This document shows, one piece after another, positions 63,601 through 64,000 of a DNA stretch of 64,000 nt; position 1 is the stretch's first letter; each line of letters starts with the position of its first letter. Origin of the DNA: Dendrobates tinctorius (taxonomy: Eukaryota); assembly GCF_039654945.1 (NCBI RefSeq), contig NW_027361797.1:4464001-4528000 (forward strand), written 5' to 3'. A model generated the notes under the pieces. That model ran no database searches, was not told the DNA's origin, and saw nothing but the letters and a program-made list of their open reading frames with translations. The position numbers and the translations under genes were made by a program.

Positions 63601-64000
63601 AAGGCTAGTTTCACACTAGCGTTTTGAAGCGCAGCGACGGCCTGCGCACGGCCGCCGCTAAGCCCCGCCCCTGCCCCGCCCCGCCGGTAGCTCCACCCAC
63701 CGGCGCATGACGCTGCATGCGCCCTGCGTCCCCTATCTTTATCACTGGGGGCGCAGGCCGTGCGCAGTATGCGTTTGGCGGCGCATGCGTCCTTTTGACG
63801 GTGCGCCGACCTGCGCCAAACGCAACCTGCTGCAGTTTGGTTGCGTCGGCGCACCGTCAAAAAGGCGCATGCGCCGCCAAACGCATACTGCGCACGGCCT
63901 GCGCCCCCAGTGATAAAGATAGGGGACGCAGGGTGCATGCAGTGTCATGCGCCGGTGGGCGGAGCTACCGGTGGGCGCGGCAGGGGCGGGGCTTAGCGGC
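63600..64000. mobile_element. Palindromic MITE inserted in the DD37E element (runs off the window)
   Basis: It starts taaggctagtttcacactagcg and has near-perfect inverted arms centred at ~63828. Confidence 0.75.

Overview
This window is eukaryotic DNA that is very rich in transposons. The repeat families resemble those of anuran (frog) genomes, which is an inference. I found no convincing host-gene exon. It holds deeply nested mobile elements. (1) The 3' end of a pol-less LTR element carries a cold-shock-domain ORF at 3-200, with its LTR at 1133-1919. (2) There are four copies of a Helentron/HINE-like element with a 43-bp minisatellite. (3) A Tc1 DD34E element at 6081-7726 is one nonsense codon from intact, and there are older Tc1/TRT copies. 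(4) A Tf1/sushi-type chromovirus at 16193-33751 has a self-priming PBS and a 6-bp TSD. A 9.2-kb hAT transposon (17822-27052) and a 5'-truncated L2 LINE (29978-32511) inserted into it. (5) A near-intact Penelope-like element (PLE) at 38712-47172 has ORF1 joined to RT/GIY-YIG at a candidate -1 slippery site, three hammerhead ribozymes, a ~1.5-kb-arm palindrome and a 13-14 bp TSD. (6) Three unrelated mini-PLEs share the same TSD + inverted repeat + hammerhead-like architecture. (7) V-SINE-like SINEs, TTAA elements, MITEs and simple repeats fill the rest. The best leads are the cold-shock-domain LTR element, the PLE frameshift/hammerhead system, and an accessory ORF in the hAT element that duplicates part of the transposase N-terminus.
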